From contig JBFRWD010000076.1 of NCBI GenBank assembly GCA_051439425.1, forward strand, positions 1-25,342: 25,342 nucleotides of DNA, read 5' to 3'. Shown piece by piece: positions 1 to 8,862 of the stretch. Every line of letters begins with the position of its first letter. The first letter of the stretch is position 1. Source of the stretch: Synechococcus sp. (GTDB lineage: Bacteria > Cyanobacteriota > Cyanobacteriia > Thermostichales > PCC-7336). A program made the position numbers and the translations under genes. The notes beneath the pieces are model-generated. The model did no database searches. It was not told the DNA's origin and saw only the letters and a program-made list of their open reading frames with translations.

Positions 1-22
1 GTTCTAGTGCAGGGTAAAGAGT

Positions 23-238
23 ATGAATGGCCCAGGTTCGCTCAAAATCGAGCAGGAATTTAGATTGAAGACATTGAAAGATGCCCTCGCATCTGCCAAT
101 CACGACCAGTTAGAAGAGTTCTCAATCGAACTAGCCCGTCAGTTGATGCTGAAAGACAACTGGATCCAGCACATGTTTAAAGAGTGCTACCTCCCAGGTT
201 TGCCCAATCAAGGCTTCGGCAGAAAACATCCAGCCTAA
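23..238 (+). CDS. nblA: Phycobilisome degradation adaptor NblA
   Basis: 71 aa with the NblA pattern LKIEQEFRLKTL...NHDQLEEFSIELARQLMLKDN (cf. L.LEQ.F....f...v..ms.eQ....l..l..Q.m.k.n); cyanobacterial context. Confidence 0.85.
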   Translation: MNGPGSLKIEQEFRLKTLKDALASANHDQLEEFSIELARQLMLKDNWIQHMFKECYLPGLPNQGFGRKHPA

Positions 239-256
239 AGGGAATATCTAGCAATT

Positions 257-284
257 TGCCCTCGCATGCGAGGGCATTTCTTTC
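257..284 (+). terminator. Putative intrinsic terminator of nblA
   Basis: Perfect 20-bp palindrome TGCCCTCGCA/TGCGAGGGCA (257-276) followed by TTTCTTTC, 18 nt after the nblA stop. Confidence 0.7.
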
Positions 285-772
285 GTTCATTCGGTGGTTC
301 TGCCTGCGATTTTGCTTGATGAAATAGAAGATGAGGACAGGAAATTCTGAGAAATAATGCTTATTCTATGATGGCGTGCATGGTTAATATTTTGATTTCA
401 AGTCGGAATTACGCGCTAGTAAGTAGAAGGTGGATTGCTAAATTTAGTAGAATAAAGGAAGAGTCTGAGAGCATTATCCGCTAGCTAGGGAAACACTTGT
501 GATCGCCTGGAGATGCTCGATCGAGTGTTGCTTGCAATGATTTTGCAGCAGTTGTGTGGCAGCCTGAGTTCTAATATCTGCCACATATGCGGCATCAGGC
601 GATCGGTTTGTACCCCATTGTGTCGGGGAATGCCATGTGTAGGGGCCTGACTCTACCCCCGTACATGTTTGTGAGTTGAGTGTTATTCCGCCAGTAGTTC
701 GATCGCTCCTGAAATTCGTATCGAGCAGCATTGACTCTGGTATTGAACGTTAAATATTGAGAGGACAGGATC

Positions 773-2398
773 GTGCCACAACTAGCTCCTCACATTTTCG
801 ACCTCATGCATCGTCAGGGGGTGCAACACGCGTTTGGGATTCCGGGAGACTTTGCCCTCACCCTCTACGACGCCTTGGCTGATAGCGAAATTACGCCAGT
901 GGTCATGACTCACGAACCCTGTGCAGGGTTTGCTGCCGATGCCTACTCCCGCATCCGGGGGCTTGGATTGGCGGTAGTCACCTACGGTGTCGGCGGCTTG
1001 AATATGGTCAATTCAGTGGCAGGGGCCTATGCCGAAAAGTCACCGCTGGTTGTGTTGAGTGGTGGCCCGGGGGTAAAGGAACGGCAAGAACGAAAGCTAC
1101 TCCACCACAAAGTCAAGACCTTTGACACCCAGCGGCGAGTTTACGAAGAGGTCACTCTGTATGCTGCAACCCTAGACGATCCGGCCACAGCCGACGCCCA
1201 AATTCACAAGGCGATCGACTACGCCACCACCTTCAAGGGGCCCGTCTACCTGGAAATTCCCCGCGACATGGTTTACGCGGAGATTGAAGAAACTGGTTCT
1301 TCACTATCGCCGCTGAAACAAACCGATGCGGACACGCTGGCCGAAGTCCTAACCGAAACCCTCGATCGGCTGCAGCAAGCTAAATTGCCCGTAATGATGG
1401 TCGGGGCAGAGGTGCATCGGTTTGGCCTGCAAGAACGAGTGCTAGCGATTGCCGAAACCCTCGGACTACCTGTGTGCTCCACAATGCTGGGTAAATCAAC
1501 GTTCCCAGAAGGACACCCTCAATACATCGGAATTTACAACGGCGAGGCTGGGGATCCGTACGTGCGCCATCGGGTGGAGGGCTCGGATTGTCTGTTGATG
1601 TTGGGGGTATTCATGACCGACATCAACCTGGGTATGTTCACCGCTCACCTCGATCCGGTACGCACCATCTCGGCCACCTCTGACGGCGTGGCGATCGCTC
1701 ACCATCACTATTCACAGGTACGATTTGAGGACTTTATTGCCAGCTTGCAACGCCACCCCGATTTACCCAGGCGTCCTTCCAGCGATATTGTGGCCATGCA
1801 TCCGCGCGTTTCGCCGATGACAGGTCCTATTACCACTAGAGGGTTGATCCACGAACTGAACCAGTTTATCGACGGAAATACTCTACTGGTAACCGATGTG
1901 GGGGATACCCTGTTTGCTGCCGACGATATTCGGATGCAGGCGGGAACCTCATTTTTGTGCCCTGCCTTTTACGCCAGCATGGGATTCGCCATTCCCGGTG
2001 TCATTGGAGCCCAATTGGCCGACCCGTTCCGACGGGCGATCGCCCTGGTGGGTGACGGAGCCTTTCAGATGACAGGAATGGAACTGATCACCGCCCACCG
2101 GTTGGGGCTGAAACCGATTGCGATCGTATTGAATAACGGTTCGTTTGCCTCACTGCGATCGATGGGCCACGAGCAGGCGGCATTTGTGAATATCCCTCGC
2201 CTCGACTACGCCCAGCTGGTTGAGGTCTGGGGTGGGCAGGGATTTGTCATCGAAACCGTTCAAGAGTTAACGCAGGCATTGCACGCGGCTCGCGCCAGCG
2301 ACACTTTCAGCATTCTCGATGTGCGGCTGGCTGCCGATGCTGTCTCGCCTGCTTTGCACCATCTAAGTGCTCTGTTTGCCAAGACCCTGAAGGGGTAG
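773..2398 (+). CDS. ipdC: ThDP-dependent 2-oxo-acid decarboxylase, phenylpyruvate/indole-3-pyruvate decarboxylase (IpdC/PPDC) type
   Basis: [18 protein letters not shown] (catalytic Glu), [33 protein letters not shown] and GDGAFQMT...NN ThDP motif; N-terminal half closely resembles Azospirillum PPDC as recalled; GAGAGGA RBS before GTG. Confidence 0.85.
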   Translation: MPQLAPHIFDLMHRQGVQHAFGIPGDFALTLYDALADSEITPVVMTHEPCAGFAADAYSRIRGLGLAVVTYGVGGLNMVNSVAGAYAEKSPLVVLSGGPGVKERQERKLLHHKVKTFDTQRRVYEEVTLYAATLDDPATADAQIHKAIDYATTFKGPVYLEIPRDMVYAEIEETGSSLSPLKQTDADTLAEVLTETLDRLQQAKLPVMMVGAEVHRFGLQERVLAIAETLGLPVCSTMLGKSTFPEGHPQYIGIYNGEAGDPYVRHRVEGSDCLLMLGVFMTDINLGMFTAHLDPVRTISATSDGVAIAHHHYSQVRFEDFIASLQRHPDLPRRPSSDIVAMHPRVSPMTGPITTRGLIHELNQFIDGNTLLVTDVGDTLFAADDIRMQAGTSFLCPAFYASMGFAIPGVIGAQLADPFRRAIALVGDGAFQMTGMELITAHRLGLKPIAIVLNNGSFASLRSMGHEQAAFVNIPRLDYAQLVEVWGGQGFVIETVQELTQALHAARASDTFSILDVRLAADAVSPALHHLSALFAKTLKG

Positions 2399-2417
2399 CA
2401 GAGCCAGGAGGTTCCCT

Positions 2418-3884
2418 ATGGTAACTGCATTACAGACGTCGCTCAATCTCGCTCCCTCGCAACTGCTGATCGGCAACAAGTGGGTGGATAGTCTCTCGGG
2501 TAAAACCTTCGAGACCATCAATCCCGCTACTGGAGAAGCCATCGGGAGTATCGCGGAAGCGGGTGCTGCTGATGTCGATCGCGCTGTTGTTGCCGCTCGT
2601 GCTGCCTTCGCGCGGGGGGAATGGGCGAACATGTCTGCTCGGCAGCGGGGGGAACTGTTACGGGCATTGGCCGATCTGATCGAACGGTATCAGACCGAGC
2701 TGGCCGAATTAGAAAGTCTCGACAGTGGCAAGCTCTTCAGCCAAGCGCGGACGGTTGACTTGCCCCTCGCAATCCAATGCTATCGCTACTTTGCAGGATG
2801 GGCCGACAAAATTCAAGGGCGCACGATCCCTGTGGGGGACCCGTACTTCAGCTACACGCGCCACGAGCCGATCGGCGTTGTCGGTCAGATTATCCCCTGG
2901 AATTTTCCATTGCTGTTGCTGGCATGGAAACTGGCTCCAGCTCTGGCGGCGGGCAATACGGTGGTGCTGAAGCCCGCCAGCAACACCCCCCTGACAGCCC
3001 TGCGGGTCGGAGAACTGATCGTAGAGGCTGGATTTCCTCCGGGTGTCGTCAACATTCTGCCTGGCCCCGGATCGGAAACTGGGATGGCTATTGCCCAGCA
3101 TATGGATATCGACAAGGTGGCGTTTACGGGATCGACCGCCGTGGGACACGCGATCGCGGTTGCGGCGGCCAGCAGTAACCTTAAGCGGGTCACGTTGGAA
3201 TTGGGGGGCAAGAGTCCCAATATCGTGTTTGCCGATGCCGATATCCATGCCGCTTTGGAAGGGGCGCATTTAGGGCTGTTCTTCAATCAGGGGCAGTGTT
3301 GCACTGCTGGATCGCGGCTGTTTGTGGAAGAGAGCATCTACGACGAGTTCGTGCTCTGCTGCGTCGATCGCGCTCGGCGGCGGATTGTCGGAGCTCCTTG
3401 CGACCCCGAAACGGAGCAGGGGCCGCTGATCAGCGAGGTTCAGCGCGATCGGGTGATGGATTACATCGAAACGGGTATGCGCGAGGGGGCTCAGTTGATG
3501 TGTGGGGGCAACCGAGTGGGCGATCGCGGCTATTTTGTCGAGCCCACGGTGTTTGCGGATGTTCGCGATGATATGAGGATTGCGCGGGAAGAGATCTTCG
3601 GCCCGGTGATGAGCATCATCAAGTTCAAAGACGTTGATGAAGTGATTCGGCGCGCGAACAGCAGCATTTACGGCCTGGCAGCGGCGGTCTGGACCCGAGA
3701 TTTGTCCAAGGCCCACAACGTCGCCCATGCTCTCAAGGCCGGAACGGTCTGGGTGAATTGCTATGACTTTCTCGATTCTGCCGTCCCCTTTGGTGGGTTC
3801 AAGCAATCGGGGATGGGTCGGGAATTGGGGGAATACGCCCTGCAGGAATACACCGAGGTGAAGGCGGTGACCGTCAAGTTATAG
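2418..3884 (+). CDS. NAD(P)+-dependent aldehyde dehydrogenase (ALDH1/2-like family)
   Basis: [20 protein letters not shown] (catalytic Glu), FFNQGQCC (catalytic Cys), [25 protein letters not shown]; starts 19 nt after the decarboxylase stop. Confidence 0.95.
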   Translation: MVTALQTSLNLAPSQLLIGNKWVDSLSGKTFETINPATGEAIGSIAEAGAADVDRAVVAARAAFARGEWANMSARQRGELLRALADLIERYQTELAELESLDSGKLFSQARTVDLPLAIQCYRYFAGWADKIQGRTIPVGDPYFSYTRHEPIGVVGQIIPWNFPLLLLAWKLAPALAAGNTVVLKPASNTPLTALRVGELIVEAGFPPGVVNILPGPGSETGMAIAQHMDIDKVAFTGSTAVGHAIAVAAASSNLKRVTLELGGKSPNIVFADADIHAALEGAHLGLFFNQGQCCTAGSRLFVEESIYDEFVLCCVDRARRRIVGAPCDPETEQGPLISEVQRDRVMDYIETGMREGAQLMCGGNRVGDRGYFVEPTVFADVRDDMRIAREEIFGPVMSIIKFKDVDEVIRRANSSIYGLAAAVWTRDLSKAHNVAHALKAGTVWVNCYDFLDSAVPFGGFKQSGMGRELGEYALQEYTEVKAVTVKL

Positions 3885-3927
3885 ACAGCTTCAAACCTAC
3901 TGCTGTCAGATTGCCGAGGAGACTGAA

Positions 3928-5055
3928 ATGGATACGCTATTTCGATTTGCAGACGATTTGGGGCCGGATAAGATTGTCCACCTCTACGATCCTCAGACGG
4001 GATTGAAGGCCATTGTGGCGATCGACAATGTTGCGCTCGGCCCGGCGATTGGGGGGGTGAGGATGGCTCCTGATGTGACGGCGGAGGAGGTGTTTCGGCT
4101 GGCGCGGGCGATGACGCTGAAAAACGCGGTGGCCAACCTGCCGCACGGGGGTGGCAAGGCAGCGATTGTAGCCGATCCGAAACTGCCGCTGGAGCGCAAG
4201 GAGTTGTTGATGCGGTCGTTTGCGCGGGCGATCGCCTCGTTACAGGATTACATTCCCGGCCCGGATATGGGGACGGACGAGCAGTGTATGGCTTGGGTGT
4301 ATGGCGAGATTGGTCGTGCGATTGGGTTACCGGCGGCAATGGGAGGGATTCCGTTGGATGAAATTGGGGCGACGGGGTACGGGTTGGCGATCGCGACGGA
4401 GGTGGCGACTGACTATTGCGATGTCGAGTTAGAGGGGGCTCGCATGGTGGTGCAGGGGTTTGGGTCGGTGGGTCAGCACGCAGCGAAATTCCTGGGGGAG
4501 CGGGGGGCTGTCGTCGTTGGAATTGCTGATTCGGGTGGGACGTTGTTCGATCCGGACGGTATCGATCTAGAGGCTGCGATAGCGCTCAAGTCTGCCGGGC
4601 GCAGCATTGTCGAGCTGGGTCGGGGGACTGTGATGGATCTGGAGGGGGCGATCGCGATTGAATGCGACGTTTGGATTCCGGCGGCGCGTCCGGATGTGGT
4701 GCGTGTCGATAATATCGATCGCCTCAAGACCAAGCTAGTTGTTCAAGGGGCGAATATTCCGTTTACGGCGGAGGCGGAGGAGATCTGTCACGCCCAGAAC
4801 ATTTTGGTAATTCCGGACTTTATTGCCAATGCGGGTGGGGTAATTTGCGGTGCTGTGGAGTATAGTGGCGGGACTCAGACGGATGCGTTTGAGGTAATCT
4901 CCTCAGAGGTGCGGTCCAATACGGCATTGGTGTTGGAGGAGGCGGCGCAAACGGGACAGTTGCCCAGGCATGTGGCGATTGAGCTTGCTCAGTCTCGGAT
5001 TCGGGCCAAACAGACGCAAAGGATTCCTCTCGATGGGACGGCCATCCGTTCGTAA
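3928..5055 (+). CDS. Glu/Leu/Phe/Val-family amino acid dehydrogenase, probably not glutamate-specific
   Basis: GPAIGGVR, AMTLKN, LPHGGGK (catalytic Lys), PGPDMGT, QGFGSVG Rossmann motif, GAN.P, PDFIANAGGV; GAGGAG RBS; 43 nt after the ALDH stop. Confidence 0.9.
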   Translation: MDTLFRFADDLGPDKIVHLYDPQTGLKAIVAIDNVALGPAIGGVRMAPDVTAEEVFRLARAMTLKNAVANLPHGGGKAAIVADPKLPLERKELLMRSFARAIASLQDYIPGPDMGTDEQCMAWVYGEIGRAIGLPAAMGGIPLDEIGATGYGLAIATEVATDYCDVELEGARMVVQGFGSVGQHAAKFLGERGAVVVGIADSGGTLFDPDGIDLEAAIALKSAGRSIVELGRGTVMDLEGAIAIECDVWIPAARPDVVRVDNIDRLKTKLVVQGANIPFTAEAEEICHAQNILVIPDFIANAGGVICGAVEYSGGTQTDAFEVISSEVRSNTALVLEEAAQTGQLPRHVAIELAQSRIRAKQTQRIPLDGTAIRS

Positions 5056-5090
5056 TTCGGCAATTGCGGAGAGTAGTAAACTTCAAATCT

Positions 5091-5129
5091 GGGCGAGGTT
5101 CAATGCAGGGGGCGAGGTTCAATGCTGGG
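5091..5129. repeat. 19-bp-period tandem duplication
   Basis: GGGCGAGGTTCAATGC at 5091-5106 and 5110-5125. Confidence 0.8.
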
Positions 5130-5167
5130 TAACACTCAAGCCGAGGTTTCTCATGCAAATCAGTAGT

Positions 5168-6641
5168 GTTGGCATAGTTTTTGGTCCAAGTTGAAGAGTT
5201 GCCAGGATACTCGATGTTTGACGTATCCCATTCTTCGCCCCGGATGAATTCAGCCCCGTCAGTCGCCGCCAGCTTGTGTCCAAAAATCCGCCAAGAGATC
5301 GCGATTCAAGCCCTCTCAAAATCAGAACCAGTCAGCCATCTGGCAGCCGACTTTCAGGTGAGTCGTAAATTCGTTTATCAGCAAGCTCACCAAGCTCAGC
5401 AAGCCCTGGATGAGTCCTTCAGTTCAGCCGATGATGAATCAGAGGTGCTGTTCCACTTGCCAGTCACAAAGACCTGGCTGTTCCAGCTGATCCTGGCATT
5501 AGTGCTGATCTGCCACTGCTCCTACCGAGGTGTGGTCGAATTGTTTCGCGATCTATTCGATCTGCACATCAGTATTGGAACGATCCACAACCGCCTCCAA
5601 TCAGCAGCGGCGATCGCAACTGAGATCGATGAATCCTAGGAGTTGTCCGGGATCGATGTGGGCTTGCATGACGAAATTTACCAGGGCTCGCAACCGGTAT
5701 TAGCTGGAGTGGATGCGGCATCGACGTATTGCTATTTACTGCAAGGAGTGGAGAAGAGAGATAAGGATACTTGGGGTTGGTATCTCCTTGAGAGTATGGA
5801 GCAAGGGGTTGCTCCCGATTTCACCATCGGGGATGGCGGGCAAGGGTTGAGAGCTGGATAGAAAGCAGTGATGCCCGAGACTCCCTGCCATGGGGATGTG
5901 TTCCACATGCAGCGTCAGTTTGCCACCGTTGCCAAGGCTGTGTCACGACATTTTCGAACTAGCGTGGCCCTCACTGAAGGTACGACAAGAGTTATACGAT
6001 TTCATCATCGTCGAACTCCAGAAGCTAGAGTGTAAGCGACATCCAGCGATTCGCACACTCCGAAAGGTTTTAGGCAAACAACGGGATGATTTGTTGGTGT
6101 TCTCTGGAGTCATCGATCGCAAACTGGACACCATTGCTCGCAGTTTTAACTTGCCACTGCAGACAGTGATAGAGGTCTGTCTGCTGTTCAGGAAACGGCC
6201 GACATCTAATCCCTACTGGGAGTACTGGATCAGTTGCATTTCCAGCTCTCCGGGCAGTTTTATTCAGTGATGAAGGCGGTAGCTGAGGCGCTCAAGCAAA
6301 CTCCGAGAGCCAGCTCGCTGGTGGAGAATCTCAATTCCCGTCTGCGAAACTACTTTTTCCTGCGCAAGAGTTTGAGTAATTCCTATCTGAGCCTGTTGCA
6401 GTTTTTCCTGAATCACCGCCGGTTCATCCGTAGCCAGGTGGCTGAGCGCATAGGGAAGAGCCCCAGGGAACTAATGACTGGTGACGCTCACCCCCACTGG
6501 CTTGAAATGCTGGGATTCCAGCGCTTCCAGAGGGCGCGATCTCCCTACTTTTTTCCCGATTGACCCACTTTAATAGTTGGTCCATTTTTTGCTGCGACTG
6601 TTACCCCAAATGGCCCGTTTTTGAACCACTCCTCTGCCAAC
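5168..6641 (+). mobile_element. Degenerate insertion sequence (~1.47 kb) with imperfect terminal inverted repeats
   Basis: Left end GTTGGCATAGTTTTTGGTCCAA (5168-5189) vs reverse complement of right end GTTGGCAGAGGAGTGGTTCAA (6621-6641); encloses a fragmented transposase. Confidence 0.65.
5181..6563 (+). pseudogene. Fragmented DDE-type transposase of a cyanobacterial IS family
   Basis: N-terminal HTH (VSHLAADFQVSRKFVY), LHDEIYQ, TIGDGGQGLRAG..PCHGDVFH, RASSLVENLNSRLR; in-frame TAG stops at 5637-5639 and 5859-5861, frame changes near 5945 and 6235. Confidence 0.8.
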
Positions 6642-6841
6642 GTGCGAGAAGGGATGGGGATGAGGGCTTTCGAACTCTGGTTGTTCTGCGTTCTGCTCAA
6701 TACGCAGCTTGCCGTGATTCTGCTCCAAATCTACTCCTACTCAGACTGCAGCGGGGTCTACGAAAAAATCCAAAAAGGATGGTACCAACTTCTTGACTTT
6801 TATATGGTCTTATCAAATCAGGGAATGAGCCTTTTATTAAT

Positions 6842-6879
6842 CGTCCGTCCAACCTCACTCAGGCCGGACGCTTTTTTTT
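6842..6879 (+). terminator. Terminator-like hairpin with T-tract
   Basis: CGTCCG (6842-6847) pairs with CGGACG (6865-6870), inner CCT/AGG, followed by C and an 8-T run. Confidence 0.45.
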
Positions 6880-6977
6880 GAGAACAACTCTTCTCTTGCG
6901 GGATTTATTGCGTTTTAGGCACGAACTATTGTCGGACACAATTCTACTGTCGGGCAGGGGCTATTGCTGGGTGCACA

Positions 6978-7286
6978 TTAACGATACCGACGGGTCCGCC
7001 GACGAGACTTGCCCAGTTTCCACCGCATGACTTCTGCTTTATATTTCGTTTCACCATCTCCATGTTCGTAAACCTGTAGCCCAACTGACGTCGATCCGGG
7101 CAACAGTTTCTGCTCTTCAGAGTGCTCTTCACCTTCAAGGGCGACAAAAAATTTGAGTTTGGTTGCCCATTCCAAGACTGACATTGATTTTGAGTCTTCG
7201 GGAACTAAAGCCCCTACCGACAGGTTTGCTTCTCTGCCTTGCCTCAAAACCTGCTTGAGCAGCCCTTTTTGCTGCGATCGCACCAT
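6978..7286 (-). CDS. Hypothetical protein (~102 aa from ATG at 7286), no recognised family
   Basis: Open frame downstream of nblB in the same orientation with protein-like composition and a basic C-terminus (KSRRRTRRYR); start uncertain. Confidence 0.4.
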   Translation of the reverse strand: MVRSQQKGLLKQVLRQGREANLSVGALVPEDSKSMSVLEWATKLKFFVALEGEEHSEEQKLLPGSTSVGLQVYEHGDGETKYKAEVMRWKLGKSRRRTRRYR

Positions 7287-7439
7287 TAGCTTTAATCCCT
7301 TCAACGGGTTCAAACCATAGGTAAACAGGACTGTGTACATACGTGTCCTAGAAATCTCAACACACGGTATCAAGCAAAGTTATCCTAGCATTCCAGCCAG
7401 TGGGGAATCCTGTAGTCGATCGCACTGAAAAGCGTAAGA

Positions 7440-8111
7440 TTAGACCGTTTTCTCGAGTACATCTTTTGCAGTAGCCGCTACCTGCTCTTCCTCGTCTTGG
7501 GCTAGGGACTCTAGGAGAGCGCGAGCAGAATCCCCTCCTATTTTGCCGAGAGAAATGCAGACTCTATGGCGTGTTTGCCAGTCTGAATCGGTGGCCAATG
7601 TCTGCAGGGCTTCTAACCCGCGCTCATCTCCTAGATCCCCCAGTGCACTAGCGGCAGTCGCTCGGATCAAGACGTTGTCATCCGTTGCCGCTGCAAGGAT
7701 GGCATCCATGGCCCCCAGATCGCCCAGCTCTCCTAAAGCTGCGATAATGCTGAGCACCATCAGCCACTCATCTTCACGCTGCAATGCAGCCAGCAAATTT
7801 TGAAGGGTTCCTGGCTGCTTCAAATCCCCAAGCGCAGCAGCGGCAGCAGCTCGAACATCAACTTCTGGATCGGTTTCCAAGCGGTCTTTCAACAGAGAGA
7901 TGGGTTTCTCCCTGTCGCTCAGTTCTAGGGTGCCGATTTGGCTGATGGCCGCGTAACGAACACGTGTGTTGGAATCTGTGGCCAAGCTAGACAGCAGCGG
8001 TAGGGCGTTATCGCCTGACAGCTCGCGCGCCTGGTTGATTGCCTTGATGCGATCGCCCCAGTTCTCAGAACTGGCTAACTGATTGAGTTCCTCTATGGTT
8101 ACGGGGGGCAC
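7440..8111 (-). CDS. nblB: NblB-type PBS-lyase HEAT-repeat protein
   Basis: N-terminus SSENWGDRIKAINQAREL, then HEAT repeats (RVRYAAISQIG, DPEVDVRAAAAAALGDL, SIIAALGELGD, DWQTRHRV) characteristic of NblB. Confidence 0.8.
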   Translation of the reverse strand: MPPVTIEELNQLASSENWGDRIKAINQARELSGDNALPLLSSLATDSNTRVRYAAISQIGTLELSDREKPISLLKDRLETDPEVDVRAAAAAALGDLKQPGTLQNLLAALQREDEWLMVLSIIAALGELGDLGAMDAILAAATDDNVLIRATAASALGDLGDERGLEALQTLATDSDWQTRHRVCISLGKIGGDSARALLESLAQDEEEQVAATAKDVLEKTV

Positions 8112-8342
8112 CGTATCCTCCTGGCTGGATTCAGCCGATTATTCGAAGCTTCTTCGAGGGAAGTGCTGCTAGTCTCTGTGACTTTAACGGCTAAATTGCT
8201 TGTGACAGCATCTATCTAGTAGAGAAGCAGCGAAAACATCTGTCCCACTGCAACTTATTGGAACTTGTACAGCCTTGCACTTGGCTCCGTATTGACGATG
8301 CTGAGGTCTCAAGCGTTAAGCTCGCGTACTGAACACCGTCGC

Positions 8343-8549
8343 CTAATCGATAGAAATAGTTTGGGGGCCACTGCTGGGAGGATCGTTGGAATCATCCGAG
8401 TCATCAGCCGGTACGTCAATACCTTGAGATTCCAGCCACCCTTTTAGAGGATCTTCATTGAGATTGAGGCGTAATGCGCCTGCTGCAAAGCCCCCCAAAA
8501 ACGGGATGGGATTTTTCAACAGCGCCTGCAAAATATCGTTGTTACCCAT
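8343..8549 (-). CDS. Small conserved cyanobacterial/plastid protein (UPF0426-like)
   Basis: PIPFLGGFAAGALRLNLNEDPLKGWL and C-terminal GPQTISID match the recalled family pattern. Confidence 0.75.
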   Translation of the reverse strand: MGNNDILQALLKNPIPFLGGFAAGALRLNLNEDPLKGWLESQGIDVPADDSDDSNDPPSSGPQTISID

Positions 8550-8684
8550 CAGTTCACCCTCATTTCACTTTCGCTCACTGGCTCTACCGATCCTAACAGT
8601 CTGTGAGGGGAATCCAAGCCTGAATTCAAAGCAAAACCGTTTGCTATGCCGTGCCCCGAACAGTTGAGTCTTTCACTACTGCGT

Positions 8685-8798
8685 AAGCCCCAGGTGATTA
8701 ACACATCAAAGTCTTGGCCTGCTAGATTCTCTTAGGCTACTCAGACTCTTTATGTGTCAGAGAAACAGTGATTGGGTGACTCGTTTACCACCGGGCTT
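8685..8798 (-). other. Structured intergenic element (predicted three-way junction)
   Basis: Minus strand: AAGCCC-GGTGGT pairs with ATCACC-(TG)-GGGCTT; AAAC-G-AGT/ACT-GTTT; GACACAT..AGTCT..GCCT/AGGC..AGACT..ATGTGTT. Confidence 0.35.
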
Positions 8799-8862
8799 GC
8801 TGCAATTCATTAGTTCTGTTTGATGGCATCCCCCCAGCAAGCCTGGCCACCTATTCGGACAA

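Noticed and set aside
460..495. Possible TPP riboswitch upstream of the ThDP-dependent decarboxylase (CTGAGA ... TAGGGAA)
   Set aside because: The two motifs are too close together and the GAACCTGA/TAATGCC core is absent
290..772. NtcA box (GTA-N8-TAC) upstream of the operon
   Set aside because: No canonical match seen; the nearest (GTA-N8-TAA at 740-753) is imperfect and too close to the start codon
5091..5129. CRISPR remnant interpretation of the short direct repeats (also 21234-21289)
   Set aside because: Units are too short, with no spacers of CRISPR length and no cas genes
5637..5861. Programmed TAG read-through in the transposase
   Set aside because: Additional frameshifts and an apparent deletion indicate ordinary pseudogene decay
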